Source of the DNA: an uncultured Hyphomicrobiales bacterium
GTDB lineage: Bacteria; Pseudomonadota; Alphaproteobacteria; Rhizobiales; Beijerinckiaceae
Direction of reading: 5' to 3'
NCBI GenBank assembly: GCA_903931945.1
Contig: CAIZEI010000061.1
Location: 2,994 to 66,993, forward strand
DNA: 64,000 nucleotides
In this document: positions 29,658 to 40,300 of the stretch, one piece after another
Layout of the letters: the number at the start of each line of letters is the position of its first letter
Numbering within the stretch: the stretch's first letter is position 1
The notes under the pieces: model-generated
What the model saw: only the letters and a program-made list of their open reading frames with translations
The model's database searches: none
What the model was told of the DNA's origin: nothing
Position numbers and translations under genes: made by a program

Positions 29658-32600
29658 TTGGTTGATTCAGGCAAAACGCAGCCGGACAGGCCGGTGGGCG
29701 AGGTTCGACCCTCAAGGTCCCGGGCCGGGCGTCTGTGCGGCCACGCGCTGGGCGTCGTGTTTGTCCTGTTGACGGTCGCGATGGTGTCTATGGGCGCTCT
29801 GCTGACAAGGCTCAGCCAGGGGCCATTGTCCATTGCAGGATTGACCGAACGGATTGCAAGCGAACTCGGCGCGCGGCTGGGGCCGGATTATCGCATCGCC
29901 ATTGGTTCGTCATCAATTGAAAGGGTCGAAACATCTCTACGCCTGTCCCTCGCCGGGTTGTCGGTGCGCGACAGCGCCGGCAAGGCGATATTCAATGCGC
30001 CGCGGGCAAGCGTTTCTGTCGCCATCGCTCCATTGCTGACGGGCTCCATCCGGCCCACCCGTCTCGATATCTACGGCGTTGAAATGGGGCTGACAGTGCT
30101 CGAAAATGGCGATCTGGCGGTTTCGGCGGGCGCTGAACCGATCGTTCTTGGCGGCGGCGCCAGCCCGGCCGTCGGCGATGGCGAGGCGCCCGTCTCGGTC
30201 GCGCCCGTCGAACCCCGGGCTGCCGCCAGAGCCGCCCTGCGGTCGATGTCCAAAGCGATAAGCAATGTTTTCGGGCTGCTGTCGCGTTCGGATTCGCCGA
30301 TCCAGCGCATGGAAAACGTCGGGATTTCGGCGGGGCGATTGAGTTTCGAGGATCGTCTCAATGGACGTTCGACGGTTTTCAGCAATGTGGAGCTGGGATT
30401 TGAACGGCGGGGGGAAAGTGCGGATATCGCATTTGCCGCCGATGGCGCCAACGGGCGCCTGCAAGCGCGGGCAAGCGCTGCGCCCGACCGTCCGGCGCCA
30501 GCGATCGAGGTTGAAATTCGCGACCTCGGGTTCGATGAAATCGCTCTTTTGGGCGGGATACGCTCGCCACAGGCCTTTTTCGACATGCCATTATCCGCCA
30601 AAGGATTGATTGGCCTCGATCGCGCGGGCGCCATAGCCGACATGAACCTCCGGTTCAATGCGGGGGCGGGTTTTATTTATGTGCGCGACAGCGATTTCGA
30701 ACCCATGTTCGTCGATGAAGTCACCGGTGGACTGAGCTGGAGCGCATCCAGCCGCTCTGTCGTCCTCGAGCCGACACAATGGGCTTCCGGCGATACGCAA
30801 TTGACGGTATCGGGCAAGTTGAGCCCGCCTTCCGACGCAGGCGGACCCTGGACATTCGCCGGGCAGGCCGCGCCGGGGTCGGTGCTTGGAATTGAACGCC
30901 AGGGCGATGTTCCTGTTCAAATGGACAACGCAGGACTGGCGGTCAGCATTTTTCCAGCAGAACACAGATTGACGCTGGACAGGCTGACGCTTGCAACCCC
31001 TGCCGTCAATGTGACGCTGAGCGGCGATTTTGACTGGGGCGAGGAAACCCGCCGCGCGCGGCTCAATATCAATGCCGGCCCGACCGCTGCGCGCGCCGCT
31101 CTGCGGATATGGCCGGCGTTCGTTGCGCCCCCTGTGCATACCTGGCTGCTCGATCATCTGGTTGCAGGAACGGTCCAACAGGGGACGATGAACCTCGATT
31201 TCGATGGCCCAGCCATCGATAACGCACTCAAAAAGGGCCCTCCGGACGATGATCGCATGCATCTCGACGTCTCGATATCAGGCGCTGCGCTGCGGTTTCT
31301 GAACGGTGCGCCGCCGCTCTCCGGCGTTGACGCGGCCGCGCATGTCACAGGGCATACAGCTTCGTTCGCCATCAAACGCGGCATGATCGACGGCGCGCCC
31401 GGACACCGCGTCACGATGAGCGAAGGATCGTTTACGGTCGCCGACACAACGCTCAAACCCGCGCCGGCTCTGGTCAACGCCCACCTTGCGGGATCGCTGG
31501 ACGCATTTGTCGATGTGCTCTCGCATGAGGGGTTTCGTCCCTTTGTTGGCGCGATGGGCGATACCTCCAGCGTCAAGGGCCAGATGGACGGCCACCTCGC
31601 AGTGGATCTCGCGCTCGATACCAAACCGCGGCCTGAAGAGACGCAGGTGCGCGCCAATGCGGTCGTCAGTGATTTCACTGTCGATAGACTGATCGGCAAG
31701 GAACGGTTTGAGCAAGGCCAGCTGACGCTGGTGATCGACAAAGCGGGTATGCACGCCAGCGGCGCCGGGCGCATGTTTGGAAGCCCCTCCCAGATTGAGT
31801 TCAAAAAGCAGGGTCCGGCGGCGATTGACGCCAATATTGCGTTTGCGATCGATGACGCGGCCCGCGCGCGCGTGGCGCCGGCCTTTGCCACCGGCATGTC
31901 CGGCCCGATTCTGGCGCATGTTTCCAGTAGCATTGCCGGCAAGGATGCGCAGCCGCCGCCTGCGCATGTTGAACTCGATTTCACCAAAACCAGTTTTGAC
32001 AATCCGCTGCCAGGCATTGTCAAAGCCGCGGGGCGTCCCGCCAAAGCGACTTTTCGCGCGCAACCTGGCGCCGATGGCGTGCATCTCGATCAAATCGTCT
32101 TCGATTCGAGCTCGGGCGCTTCGATGCGCGGCGCGATCGATTTTGACGCAACCGGAACCATGCGCGTCGCGCATTTCTCGCAGATGCGCCTCTCGCCGGG
32201 CGACGATCTCAAGGTCGACGCCGAATTTGGCCGCGACGGGCTGAAACTCACCGCGAGCGGGGCGAGCGTTGACGCGCGTCCCTTCCTGAGCGGCCTGTTT
32301 GGCGGCAGCGGCAACGGCAACGAAAAGGCTGCCGGCGGCGTGGGCAAAGACCTCGAACTCGACCTCAAGACGACGCTGGCGACGGGGTACAACAGGCAGG
32401 CGCTCGCCAATCTCGACCTGAAAATGGTCCGCCGCGGCGGCTACGTCCGATCAGTCCGTTTGCAGGGCCTGTTGGGCAAGTCTCCGGTTTCCATAACAAC
32501 GGTGCTGGACAAGACTGGCGCGTCGGTGCTCAACGTTACGTCCGGCGATGGCGGCGCGCTGATCGCCTTCGTTGATCTTTACAGGCGGATGGAAGGCGGA

Positions 32601-33164
32601 CGCCTGCGGGCGGACCTGCAAATGAACGCCAGGGGCGTTACGGGAACTGCCTTTTTCAGCGATTTCATACTGCGCGATGAGCCGGCGCTCCGCCGCTTGG
32701 TCAGTCAGGGCGCGCCGACAGCGGAGAATGACGTTGTCCGCAAGATTGACACAAGCGCGGCGCCATTCATCCGCCTCTCGGGGGCTTTCTCCCGGCAGAA
32801 TGGCGTTCTTCATGTAACGGACGGGCTTCTCTATGGCGCGCAGATCGGCATCAAGGTCGATGGCCTGCTGGATTATACGCAGGATCGCGTCGATATGGCC
32901 GGGACCTTCGTGCCCGCCTATGTGCTGAACAACCTTTTTACGCAAATTCCGATTTTCGGACCGATCCTGAGCGGCGGCAGCCACGAAGGTTTGTTCGCTG
33001 TGAATTTCAGGATCTCGGGGCCTGCGACCTCGCCCTCCCTGATCGTCAATCCCCTGTCGGCGATTGCGCCAGGTTTTCTGCGCAAGATTTTTGGCGCAGG
33101 CGCGCCCGCAGACCCCGGCCCGCAGCCGGCGACCGATGCGCCTGCGACCATCCCGAAGCCATGA
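29658..33164 (+). CDS. DUF3971 / AsmA-like C-terminal domain protein (YhdP-like)
   Basis: 1168 aa, N-terminal anchor RLSQGPLSI, beta-rich body, C-terminal GTFVPAYVLNNLFTQIPIFG...GLFAVNFRISG...VNPLSAIAPGFLRKIF. Confidence 0.85.
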   Translation: MVDSGKTQPDRPVGEVRPSRSRAGRLCGHALGVVFVLLTVAMVSMGALLTRLSQGPLSIAGLTERIASELGARLGPDYRIAIGSSSIERVETSLRLSLAGLSVRDSAGKAIFNAPRASVSVAIAPLLTGSIRPTRLDIYGVEMGLTVLENGDLAVSAGAEPIVLGGGASPAVGDGEAPVSVAPVEPRAAARAALRSMSKAISNVFGLLSRSDSPIQRMENVGISAGRLSFEDRLNGRSTVFSNVELGFERRGESADIAFAADGANGRLQARASAAPDRPAPAIEVEIRDLGFDEIALLGGIRSPQAFFDMPLSAKGLIGLDRAGAIADMNLRFNAGAGFIYVRDSDFEPMFVDEVTGGLSWSASSRSVVLEPTQWASGDTQLTVSGKLSPPSDAGGPWTFAGQAAPGSVLGIERQGDVPVQMDNAGLAVSIFPAEHRLTLDRLTLATPAVNVTLSGDFDWGEETRRARLNINAGPTAARAALRIWPAFVAPPVHTWLLDHLVAGTVQQGTMNLDFDGPAIDNALKKGPPDDDRMHLDVSISGAALRFLNGAPPLSGVDAAAHVTGHTASFAIKRGMIDGAPGHRVTMSEGSFTVADTTLKPAPALVNAHLAGSLDAFVDVLSHEGFRPFVGAMGDTSSVKGQMDGHLAVDLALDTKPRPEETQVRANAVVSDFTVDRLIGKERFEQGQLTLVIDKAGMHASGAGRMFGSPSQIEFKKQGPAAIDANIAFAIDDAARARVAPAFATGMSGPILAHVSSSIAGKDAQPPPAHVELDFTKTSFDNPLPGIVKAAGRPAKATFRAQPGADGVHLDQIVFDSSSGASMRGAIDFDATGTMRVAHFSQMRLSPGDDLKVDAEFGRDGLKLTASGASVDARPFLSGLFGGSGNGNEKAAGGVGKDLELDLKTTLATGYNRQALANLDLKMVRRGGYVRSVRLQGLLGKSPVSITTVLDKTGASVLNVTSGDGGALIAFVDLYRRMEGGRLRADLQMNARGVTGTAFFSDFILRDEPALRRLVSQGAPTAENDVVRKIDTSAAPFIRLSGAFSRQNGVLHVTDGLLYGAQIGIKVDGLLDYTQDRVDMAGTFVPAYVLNNLFTQIPIFGPILSGGSHEGLFAVNFRISGPATSPSLIVNPLSAIAPGFLRKIFGAGAPADPGPQPATDAPATIPKP

Positions 33165-33175
33165 GGCAAAGGGCC

Positions 33176-34435
33176 TCAGACGGGACGCAACAGCACATGC
33201 TTCTTTCGTCCGAGCGAAAGTTTCACAGCCCCGCTCCTGAGATCGCGGGCGGAGATCGATGCGCGCTCATCAGTTACGGCTGTGTCGTTGACCCTCAGGC
33301 CTCCGCCCTTCACCTGACGGCGCGCTTCCCCTGTTGAGGCGACCAGTCCCGCGCGGACGAATGCTGTCAGGACGCCAACGCCCTCGGCAAATTCAGACTG
33401 TGGAATGTCCACGCCCGGAAGATCGGTCGACGCGCCGCCCTCTTCAAATGTTGTGCGCGCTGTCGCCATGGCCTGATCGGCTGCGGCGCGGCCATGCGCC
33501 ATGGCGGTCGCCTCATTCGCAAGAACCTTTTTCGCCTCGTTGATCTCAGCGCCTTGCAGCGCTTCGAGGCGGCGGATTTCATCCATTGGCAACTCAGTGA
33601 AAAGTTTAAGGAACTTGCCGGTGTCGGCGTCCTCGGTGTTGCGCCAGTATTGCCAGTAATCCCACGGGCTCAGCATATCCGCGTTGAGCCAGACTGCGCC
33701 GGAGGCGGTTTTCCCCATCTTGGCGCCGGACGCCGTCGTCAGCAGCGGCGAGGTCAGCGCGTAAAGCTGGCCTGTTCCCATGCGGCGGCCAAGATCGATG
33801 CCGGTGACGATATTGCCCCACTGGTCAGAGCCGCCCATTTGCAGCATACAGCCGTAACGCCGGTACAGTTCGACGAAATCGTAGGCTTGCAGACACATGT
33901 AATTGAATTCGATGAACGACAATTCCTGATCGCGTTCGAGCCGCATTTTGACCGAATCCATCGACAACATACGATTGACGGAAAAATGCCTGCCAACGTC
34001 GCGCAGGAACTCGATGTAATTGAGCGCCGTCAGCCATTCGGCATTGTCGGGCATGATTGCGTCGGTCTTGCCGTCGCCGAACGTCAGGAAGTTTGAAAAC
34101 ACGCCCCTGATCGAGGCCTTGTTGGCGTCAATGTCCGCAATGGTGAGAATTTTGCGGCTCTCATCCTTGCCCGAGGGATCGCCGACGCGCGTTGTGCCTC
34201 CGCCCATCAGCGGCAACGGCTTGCCGCCGCCGGTTTTTTGCAGCCAGCGCAGCATCATCGTTGGCAGGAGATGCCCGACGTGAAGCGAAGGGCCAGTGCA
34301 GTCATAGCCGATGTAAGCGATCAGATCGCCCGCCGCCGCTTTTTCATCAACGCCGGACAGGTCCGAGCATTGATGGATATATCCGCGCTCGGCGAGCACG
34401 CGCAGGAAATCGGACTTTGGAGCAAATTCGGACAT
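33176..34435 (-). CDS. tyrS: Tyrosine-tRNA ligase
   Basis: [15 protein letters not shown] (HIGH), [17 protein letters not shown]-terminal S4 domain. Confidence 0.97.
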   Translation of the reverse strand: MSEFAPKSDFLRVLAERGYIHQCSDLSGVDEKAAAGDLIAYIGYDCTGPSLHVGHLLPTMMLRWLQKTGGGKPLPLMGGGTTRVGDPSGKDESRKILTIADIDANKASIRGVFSNFLTFGDGKTDAIMPDNAEWLTALNYIEFLRDVGRHFSVNRMLSMDSVKMRLERDQELSFIEFNYMCLQAYDFVELYRRYGCMLQMGGSDQWGNIVTGIDLGRRMGTGQLYALTSPLLTTASGAKMGKTASGAVWLNADMLSPWDYWQYWRNTEDADTGKFLKLFTELPMDEIRRLEALQGAEINEAKKVLANEATAMAHGRAAADQAMATARTTFEEGGASTDLPGVDIPQSEFAEGVGVLTAFVRAGLVASTGEARRQVKGGGLRVNDTAVTDERASISARDLRSGAVKLSLGRKKHVLLRPV

Positions 34436-34549
34436 GACACCCTCGGTAAACCTGAGTGTTTTTAGGGGTTGGGGCTTGTGTGCGCAACCTTCGCCGGGCT
34501 AGCCTGCCGGCGGCCCTGGCGGTTTCGGGGACTTTGAGGAGTATTTTTC

Positions 34550-35299
34550 ATGGCTGATAGTCTTATCGATCTCGTGTCCAATTATTTCGATCCCGATGTC
34601 ACAACCAAACTTGCGTCGTCTCTCGGCGTCAGTCTTGACCAGGTGCAATCGGTCATTGACGCAGCCATTCCCGCAACGCTCGCGAGCGTCGCCGGCGTCG
34701 CATCTACGGCGAGCGGCGCGCAGAAAATTGCCGACGCCATCGGCAACGCCGATCAGGCCATGTTGGCCAATCTCGCCAGCACTGTGGGCGACAAGGACAT
34801 GGCGACGGGCGGCCTGTCGTTTCTGAATTCGCTGGTCGGCGCTGACAAGGTCAGCGCAATCACATCGGCTGTCTCCTCGGCGACGGGAGCGCCAGCCGCT
34901 GCAACGCAATCGATTGTCGGCGTGCTGGGGCCGGCGACGTTCGGCGCGCTGGGCCAGCTTGATCCCTCGGCCTGGTCGAGCGGCGACGCTGTCGCCAAAA
35001 CGTTTGCCGACCAGAAAGCCGCTATCCTGTCGCAGCTTCCGGCGGGGCTGGGGACCATCCTGGCGGGGACGGGCGGCCTTGCGGGCGCGGCTGGCGCGCT
35101 GAAGGGCCTGGCGGGCAGCGCTGCAGGTTCGGCGACCGGCGCCGCCGCGAACCTTGGCAATTCAGTCACTGGGAGCGCGACAGGGTCCGCACAGGGGTCC
35201 CAGGGCTCCGGGGGCGTCCCCAGCTGGGTCTGGATCGCGCTGGCGATCATCGTCATCGCTGGCGTCGCCTATTGGTTCTTCAAAATGCGCGGCGCATAA
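34550..35299 (+). CDS. DUF937-like protein with Gly/Ser linker and C-terminal TM anchor
   Basis: SLIDLVSNYF...KLASSLG...AAIPATLASV pattern; ends WVWIALAIIVIAGVAYWFFKMRGA. Confidence 0.7.
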   Translation: MADSLIDLVSNYFDPDVTTKLASSLGVSLDQVQSVIDAAIPATLASVAGVASTASGAQKIADAIGNADQAMLANLASTVGDKDMATGGLSFLNSLVGADKVSAITSAVSSATGAPAAATQSIVGVLGPATFGALGQLDPSAWSSGDAVAKTFADQKAAILSQLPAGLGTILAGTGGLAGAAGALKGLAGSAAGSATGAAANLGNSVTGSATGSAQGSQGSGGVPSWVWIALAIIVIAGVAYWFFKMRGA

Positions 35300-35386
35300 T
35301 TGCACCGTTGGAATCGCAGGTTTCCGCCCTTCCTATCTCGAATGTTCAGGAAGCCGAACAACGCCATCGTTCGGCTGGAACCGACC

Positions 35387-36490
35387 ATGACCCTGATGCG
35401 CGCGCTTGGCCTGATGTCCGGCACATCAATGGATGGGGTCGATGTCGCCCTCATTGAAACGGATGGCGACCGCGACATCCGCCTCGGCCCCCAGTCATTC
35501 CTGCCCTATGGCGACGAGGACCGCGCCCTTTTGCGCGCAGCGCTTGCCGATGCGGTCGCGCTGACGGATCGGGATGCGCGTCCCGGCGTTCTGGCGGCGG
35601 CGGAAAAGCTGGTGACGGATCGCCATGCCGAAGCAGTCGAGAGCTTTTTGCGCGAGTATGATTTATCTCCATCCGATATCGATGTTGTCGGCTTTCATGG
35701 CCAGACGGTTCTGCATCGGCCGCAGCAAAAGCTGACAGTGCAGATTGGCGATGGCGCCCTGCTGGCCCGGCGCCTTGGCGTTCCGGTCATTCATGATTTC
35801 CGCGCCCGCGATGTGCAGGCGGGCGGGCAGGGGGCGCCGCTCGTGCCGGTGTTTCATCGCGCGCTGGCGCAGGCTTCGGGCATCGAGCACTCCGTGGCGA
35901 TCGTCAATATCGGCGGCGTCGCGAATGTGACCTGTCTGATTGCTGGCAGGGACCCCGTCGCTTTCGACTGCGGACCCGGCAATGCGCTGATCGACGACCT
36001 GATGCTGACGCGCACCGGCGCGCCAATGGATCGCGATGGCGCCACGGCGCGGGCGGGCCGGGCTGACGAAGCTGCGTTGCGTGAATTGCTCGATCATCCC
36101 TTCTTTTCCGTCCCGCCGCCAAAATCGCTGGATCGCAACGCGTTTTCCCGCGCGCCGGTGGAACGCCTTTCAACGCTCGACGCCGCCGCGACTTTGGTGG
36201 AATTCACCGCCGAGGCCATCGCGGCGTCCCTGCGGCTCGCGCAGGCCAGCCCCGGCCTGCTGATCGTCTGTGGCGGCGGCGCGCGCAATCCGGCCATTCT
36301 TGCGGCTCTGGCGCGGCGCACGAATGCGCGCGTCGAGACGGCCGCGCATTTCGGCTGGTCGCCCGATGCCATGGAAGCGCAGGCTTTTGCCTATCTCGCG
36401 GTGCGTTCGCTGCAGGGCCTGCCGCTGACATTTCCCGGCACAACGGGCGCCCCGGCGCCAATGTGTGGCGGCGTGCTGGAAATGCCTTGA
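35387..36490 (+). CDS. anmK: Anhydro-N-acetylmuramic acid kinase
   Basis: GLMSGTSMDGVD, GFHGQTVLH, GGQGAPL, NIGGVAN, DCGPGN. Confidence 0.95.
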   Translation: MTLMRALGLMSGTSMDGVDVALIETDGDRDIRLGPQSFLPYGDEDRALLRAALADAVALTDRDARPGVLAAAEKLVTDRHAEAVESFLREYDLSPSDIDVVGFHGQTVLHRPQQKLTVQIGDGALLARRLGVPVIHDFRARDVQAGGQGAPLVPVFHRALAQASGIEHSVAIVNIGGVANVTCLIAGRDPVAFDCGPGNALIDDLMLTRTGAPMDRDGATARAGRADEAALRELLDHPFFSVPPPKSLDRNAFSRAPVERLSTLDAAATLVEFTAEAIAASLRLAQASPGLLIVCGGGARNPAILAALARRTNARVETAAHFGWSPDAMEAQAFAYLAVRSLQGLPLTFPGTTGAPAPMCGGVLEMP

Positions 36491-36543
36491 ACGGTTGTTC
36501 CGGCGACATACGTTGAACGATGTTATTCCAGCTGGAGGCGCCC

Positions 36544-37404
36544 ATGATTGAAGATGTCATCGAACAACGCCGACGTGACCTTGGCGGTTTTGAGGTGGGG
36601 CGCGTGTTGCCGGCGGCGCGGCGGCGCATGGTCGGGCCATTTGTCTTTTTCGACCACATGGGTCCGGCGGATTTCCCGAAGGGTCTGCCGAAGTCATTCG
36701 ACGTGCGCCCGCATCCCCATATCGGCCTTTCGACAGTGACCTATCTTTTTGAGGGAGAAATTACCCACCGCGACAGTGTGGGGTCGTTTCAGGCGATCCG
36801 CGCTGGCGAGGTGAACTGGATGACCGCCGGGCGCGGCATCTCCCACTCCGAGCGGTTTGAACGCGCGCGCCTGCAGGGCGACCGGCTGCATGGCATCCAG
36901 TCCTGGGTGGCCCTGCCCGAAGCTGATGAGGAGATGGCGCCGGGATTCGAGCATCGCGCGATGGAAGACCTGCCGCTCTTTGAGGAAAGGGGCGTGGAGG
37001 CGCGGCTGGTTGCGGGCTCCGCGTTTGGCGCGACAGCGCCAGTCGCGACGCGCTCACCGATGTTTTATGTGCACTGGACATTGCGCGCGGGCGCAGTCGC
37101 CGAAGTCCCGAACGACTATTCCGAACGCGCCGCCTATGTCGCTGTTGGCGAGGTCGAGGTCGATGGCCGCGTGTTTGGCGTCGGCAATATGATCCTGTTC
37201 GCCCCCGGGGCGCCAGCTCATCTCCGCGCGAACCGGGATTCGATTGTCATGCTGCTTGGCGGGGAACCTCTGGGTCCGCGTTTCATCGACTGGAATTTCG
37301 TTTCCTCGTCGCGCGAGCGGATCGAGCAGGCCAAGGCCGACTGGCGGGCCGGGCGCTTTCAATTGCCGCAAGACGATAACAAGGAGTTCATTCCGCTGCC
37401 ATGA
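36544..37404 (+). CDS. Pirin family protein
   Basis: GPFVFFDHMG, PHPHIGLSTVTYLFEG, HRDS, WMTAGRGISHSE. Confidence 0.93.
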   Translation: MIEDVIEQRRRDLGGFEVGRVLPAARRRMVGPFVFFDHMGPADFPKGLPKSFDVRPHPHIGLSTVTYLFEGEITHRDSVGSFQAIRAGEVNWMTAGRGISHSERFERARLQGDRLHGIQSWVALPEADEEMAPGFEHRAMEDLPLFEERGVEARLVAGSAFGATAPVATRSPMFYVHWTLRAGAVAEVPNDYSERAAYVAVGEVEVDGRVFGVGNMILFAPGAPAHLRANRDSIVMLLGGEPLGPRFIDWNFVSSSRERIEQAKADWRAGRFQLPQDDNKEFIPLP

Positions 37405-37419
37405 GCGGAATTTGGCGGT

Positions 37420-38640
37420 CTACAGCCTGATGATCCGGCACGCATCGCCCTTGCCTGCGGGAGCTGCGTGCGGCGCTCTGACAACAAGGCATTCCGATTG
37501 CGCGAGAACGCGCAGCAACGATGAATCCTGACGCCCGAAAGGCGTCGCGACAGGCAGGCCTTCGCCGCCCGGCGCCAGGGACGCGCGCAGATAATCCTGC
37601 CTGCTATCGTTGGCCGCCAGATCGGCGCCGAGCACTGCTGCTTCGCTCGGGTCGCCTCCGGCGTTCGCATCGCCGCACAGCGCGCGAATGAGCGGCGTCA
37701 GAAACAGCACGCCGCAGACGATTGCTGAAACCGGATTGCCGGGAAGGCCGAGAATCCGCATGTCGCCGATCCGCCCATGCATCAGCGGCTTGCCGGGACG
37801 CATTGCGATTTTCCAGAAACCAAGCTCCATACCTTCCCGCGCGAGCGCGCTTTGCACGAGATCGTGGTCGCCGACGCTGGCGCCGCCCAGCGTCACCAGA
37901 ATATCCGCCTGCTCGGCGCGGGCGCGCTGGATACGCTCTTCCAGCGCGGCGAAATTGTCGCCGGCAATCCCCAGATCGATCACATCGGCGCCCGCGGCCG
38001 CCGCATAGGCCCAGACGGCATAGGTGTTGGACGCGACAATCTGGTCGGCGCCGGGATTCTGGCCCGGGACGACGAGTTCATCGCCGGTCGCCAGCAAGGC
38101 GACGCGAGGTTTTCGCGCGACCGGGAGCGTCCCGTGATTCATCGCGGCTGCGAGCGCGAGTTCGCAAGGCCCGAGCCGCCTGCCTTTCGTCAGCAGGATG
38201 TCGCCCTCGGCAAAATCGAGACCTGCCTTGCGGATATGGCGGCCCACGGGCTCCGCTTGCAGGCATTTGACCTTGCCATCGGAGGCCTCTGTGTCTTCCT
38301 GAATGATGACAGCGTCAGCGCCTGCGGGAACCGGCGCGCCGGTGAAAATCCGCACTGCCTGACCCGCGCCGAGGCTGCCTGAAAATCCATGGCCCGCCGC
38401 GCTGGTTCCGATCGTGTCGAGCGTTACCGGCGCGTTGCGAATGTCGGCGCTGCGCACCGCATAACCATCCATGGCGGACGCAGGGAAGGGCGGTTGTGTG
38501 CGTCTGGCGGCGAGATCGCGCGCCAGCGTGCGACCGGCGCAATCCGCGAGCGGAATGGTTTCGACGCCGAGAATCGACGGGGCGCTTTCCAGCACTTTGG
38601 CGAGGGCGGCGGCGACGGGGAGGAAGGGGGAAGAAGCCAT
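37420..38640 (-). CDS. moeA: Molybdopterin molybdotransferase
   Basis: PPFPASAMDGYA, RIFTGAPVP, ATGDEL, GGASVGDHD, LPGNPVS. Confidence 0.95.
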   Translation of the reverse strand: MASSPFLPVAAALAKVLESAPSILGVETIPLADCAGRTLARDLAARRTQPPFPASAMDGYAVRSADIRNAPVTLDTIGTSAAGHGFSGSLGAGQAVRIFTGAPVPAGADAVIIQEDTEASDGKVKCLQAEPVGRHIRKAGLDFAEGDILLTKGRRLGPCELALAAAMNHGTLPVARKPRVALLATGDELVVPGQNPGADQIVASNTYAVWAYAAAAGADVIDLGIAGDNFAALEERIQRARAEQADILVTLGGASVGDHDLVQSALAREGMELGFWKIAMRPGKPLMHGRIGDMRILGLPGNPVSAIVCGVLFLTPLIRALCGDANAGGDPSEAAVLGADLAANDSRQDYLRASLAPGGEGLPVATPFGRQDSSLLRVLAQSECLVVRAPHAAPAGKGDACRIIRL

Positions 38641-38741
38641 AACGCTCACTATGCCATGAAAGCGCGAATTGTGGAACACGGCGAAAATCTATACATCATA
38701 AGGGTTTCTGGCGGTTTCAGGCTGTTCGCTTGCGGGCGAGT

Positions 38742-38892
38742 CCCTTGTCCCGCTCACTGCGGGAGAAGGTCCCGCGAAGCGGGGGATGAGGGCGGCGCGG
38801 CCCGCAATACCCCTGATTTTGCAGGCGTTTCATCGCCCTCACCCGTCGTTTTCGGACGCAAACGCCACCCTCTCCCGCGCTGCGGGAGAGGG
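38742..38892. repeat. Bipartite inverted-repeat element, copy D
   Basis: CCCTTGTCCCGCTCACTGCGGGAGAAGGTCCCGCGAAGCGGGGGATGAGGG ... CCCTCACCCGTCG...GCCACCCTCTCCCGCGCTGCGGGAGAGGG. Confidence 0.85.
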
Positions 38893-38942
38893 ATTCTCGC
38901 GCGTTCCGATAGCTCCGCAAGCTCTGGCCGAAATAGGCCGGT

Positions 38943-39749
38943 CTAGATCACCTCGTCGGTCCACACTTTAAAGCTGACCAGCGTATTTGGACCGAACGTG
39001 TGGGTGATCGGCACGTCGGCGGCGTCTCGCCCTTGCGCGATCAGGACCCGGCCTATTCTTGGCGTGTTGTTGCGGGCGTCAAACGTGTACCAGCGTCCGC
39101 CAAGATAGGCCTCGAACCATCCCGCGAAATCCATCGGCCCATAGGGCGGCGGCATGCCGATATCCCCGAGGTAGCCGGTGCAATAGCGCGCGGGAATATT
39201 CATGCAGCGGCAAAACGCAATGGCAAGGTGCGCATAGTCTCGACACACGCCCTTGCCCTCATTGAAGGCTTCCCATGCGGTCTTCGTCGCGCGCGCATGT
39301 TCATAGCCAAAGCTGATATGGCGATGGACAAAATCGCAGATCGCCTGCACACGCGCCCAACCCGTCGGCGACATTTCGAAAAGCCGCCAGGCCACCTCGG
39401 ACAGGCGATCTGTTTCACAGTAACGGCTGCCAAGGAGGTAAACGAGTGTGTCGGCGGGCAATTCCTCAACCGGGTGTTGCGGCGCGGAGGGAGCGACAAC
39501 GTCGGGCGCGCCGGAATCCCGAACAAGCCCGTCCGCCGAAAAACGCACGCGTCCGGCGGGCGCGACAAGCCGGCTGCACCAGTTGCCAAAACTGTCTCGG
39601 TAGGGATTGATCGGCACTCCGGGGCTCGTCGTCAGATTATCGGCAATGATGACGTCGGACGCGCGGGTGAAATGCGTGCCGAGGACCGTGATCACGGGCG
39701 TTGGATTGGGAAAGTCGTAGATCAGTTCGTAACCGACTCGAATCTTCAT
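38943..39749 (-). CDS. Transglutaminase-like family protein
   Basis: YLLGSRYCETD; GVCRDYAHLAIAFCR; DFAGWFEAYLGGRWYTFDAR. Confidence 0.92.
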   Translation of the reverse strand: MKIRVGYELIYDFPNPTPVITVLGTHFTRASDVIIADNLTTSPGVPINPYRDSFGNWCSRLVAPAGRVRFSADGLVRDSGAPDVVAPSAPQHPVEELPADTLVYLLGSRYCETDRLSEVAWRLFEMSPTGWARVQAICDFVHRHISFGYEHARATKTAWEAFNEGKGVCRDYAHLAIAFCRCMNIPARYCTGYLGDIGMPPPYGPMDFAGWFEAYLGGRWYTFDARNNTPRIGRVLIAQGRDAADVPITHTFGPNTLVSFKVWTDEVI

Positions 39750-39987
39750 GCGTCATTCCTTCGCTATGGCTCGCAATCACCATCCAGAAGTCGGCGTCCT
39801 CCCCCCATTCCGAAAGTACCACCCGGGGTTCAATATGATAGGCCTGTCGGGGGTATTTTATTTATATATTCGATCATCCAAGACCGCGCGTTCGCGCGGC
39901 TGCCTGCTTTGGCGCCGGCTTCCCTCCGGAAATCGCGCAACGCGCAACCTCCGGCCTGTGTCGGTGTCAAGACCACGCGCCGTATTC

Positions 39988-40070
39988 AAAGAAAGGAGGC
40001 CGCTCGTTTGCACAAGCGGCCCCAAGTCAAGGGAGGAAACGCCCAAGAAGGGCATATGCAACACGTTGCA
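39988..40070 (-). ncRNA. suhB/MmgR (alpha-r8)-like small RNA
   Basis: Minus strand GCCCUUCUUGGGCGUUUCCUCCCUUGACUUGGGGCCGCUUGUGCAAACGAGCGGCCUCCUUUCUUU: conserved UUUCCUCCCU core, GC terminator hairpin and U-rich tail. 5' end approximate. Confidence 0.75.
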
Positions 40071-40077
40071 CGATCTC

Positions 40078-40107
40078 TACGTGGCTACGCGGCGCACAAA
40101 CGTCAAG
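40078..40107 (-). promoter_or_regulatory. Possible sigma70 promoter of the sRNA
   Basis: CTTGAC -35 at 40107-40102; weak -10 (CCACGT) at N17 spacing. Confidence 0.4.
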
Positions 40108-40300
40108 TGGCGATTTCAGGTTTTGGCGGATGCGCTGTCAGCGCCCGATCCTGCAGCGTGTCGCCAGCGGCGATTGACCGAACCCCGGCGACGGCATCGC
40201 CGCCTATAGATCGATCGCGATCTTGGCGTGCGGCGCGGAATGGCCCGACCCGGATATGGGCAAACGTGTGAACGACCCTGGAAACAGCATCAGTGCAGCG

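Noticed and set aside
39000-40271. 423-aa plus-strand ORF and 39748..40209 ORF
   Set aside because: Antisense to the transglutaminase gene and the sRNA; no domain-like features.
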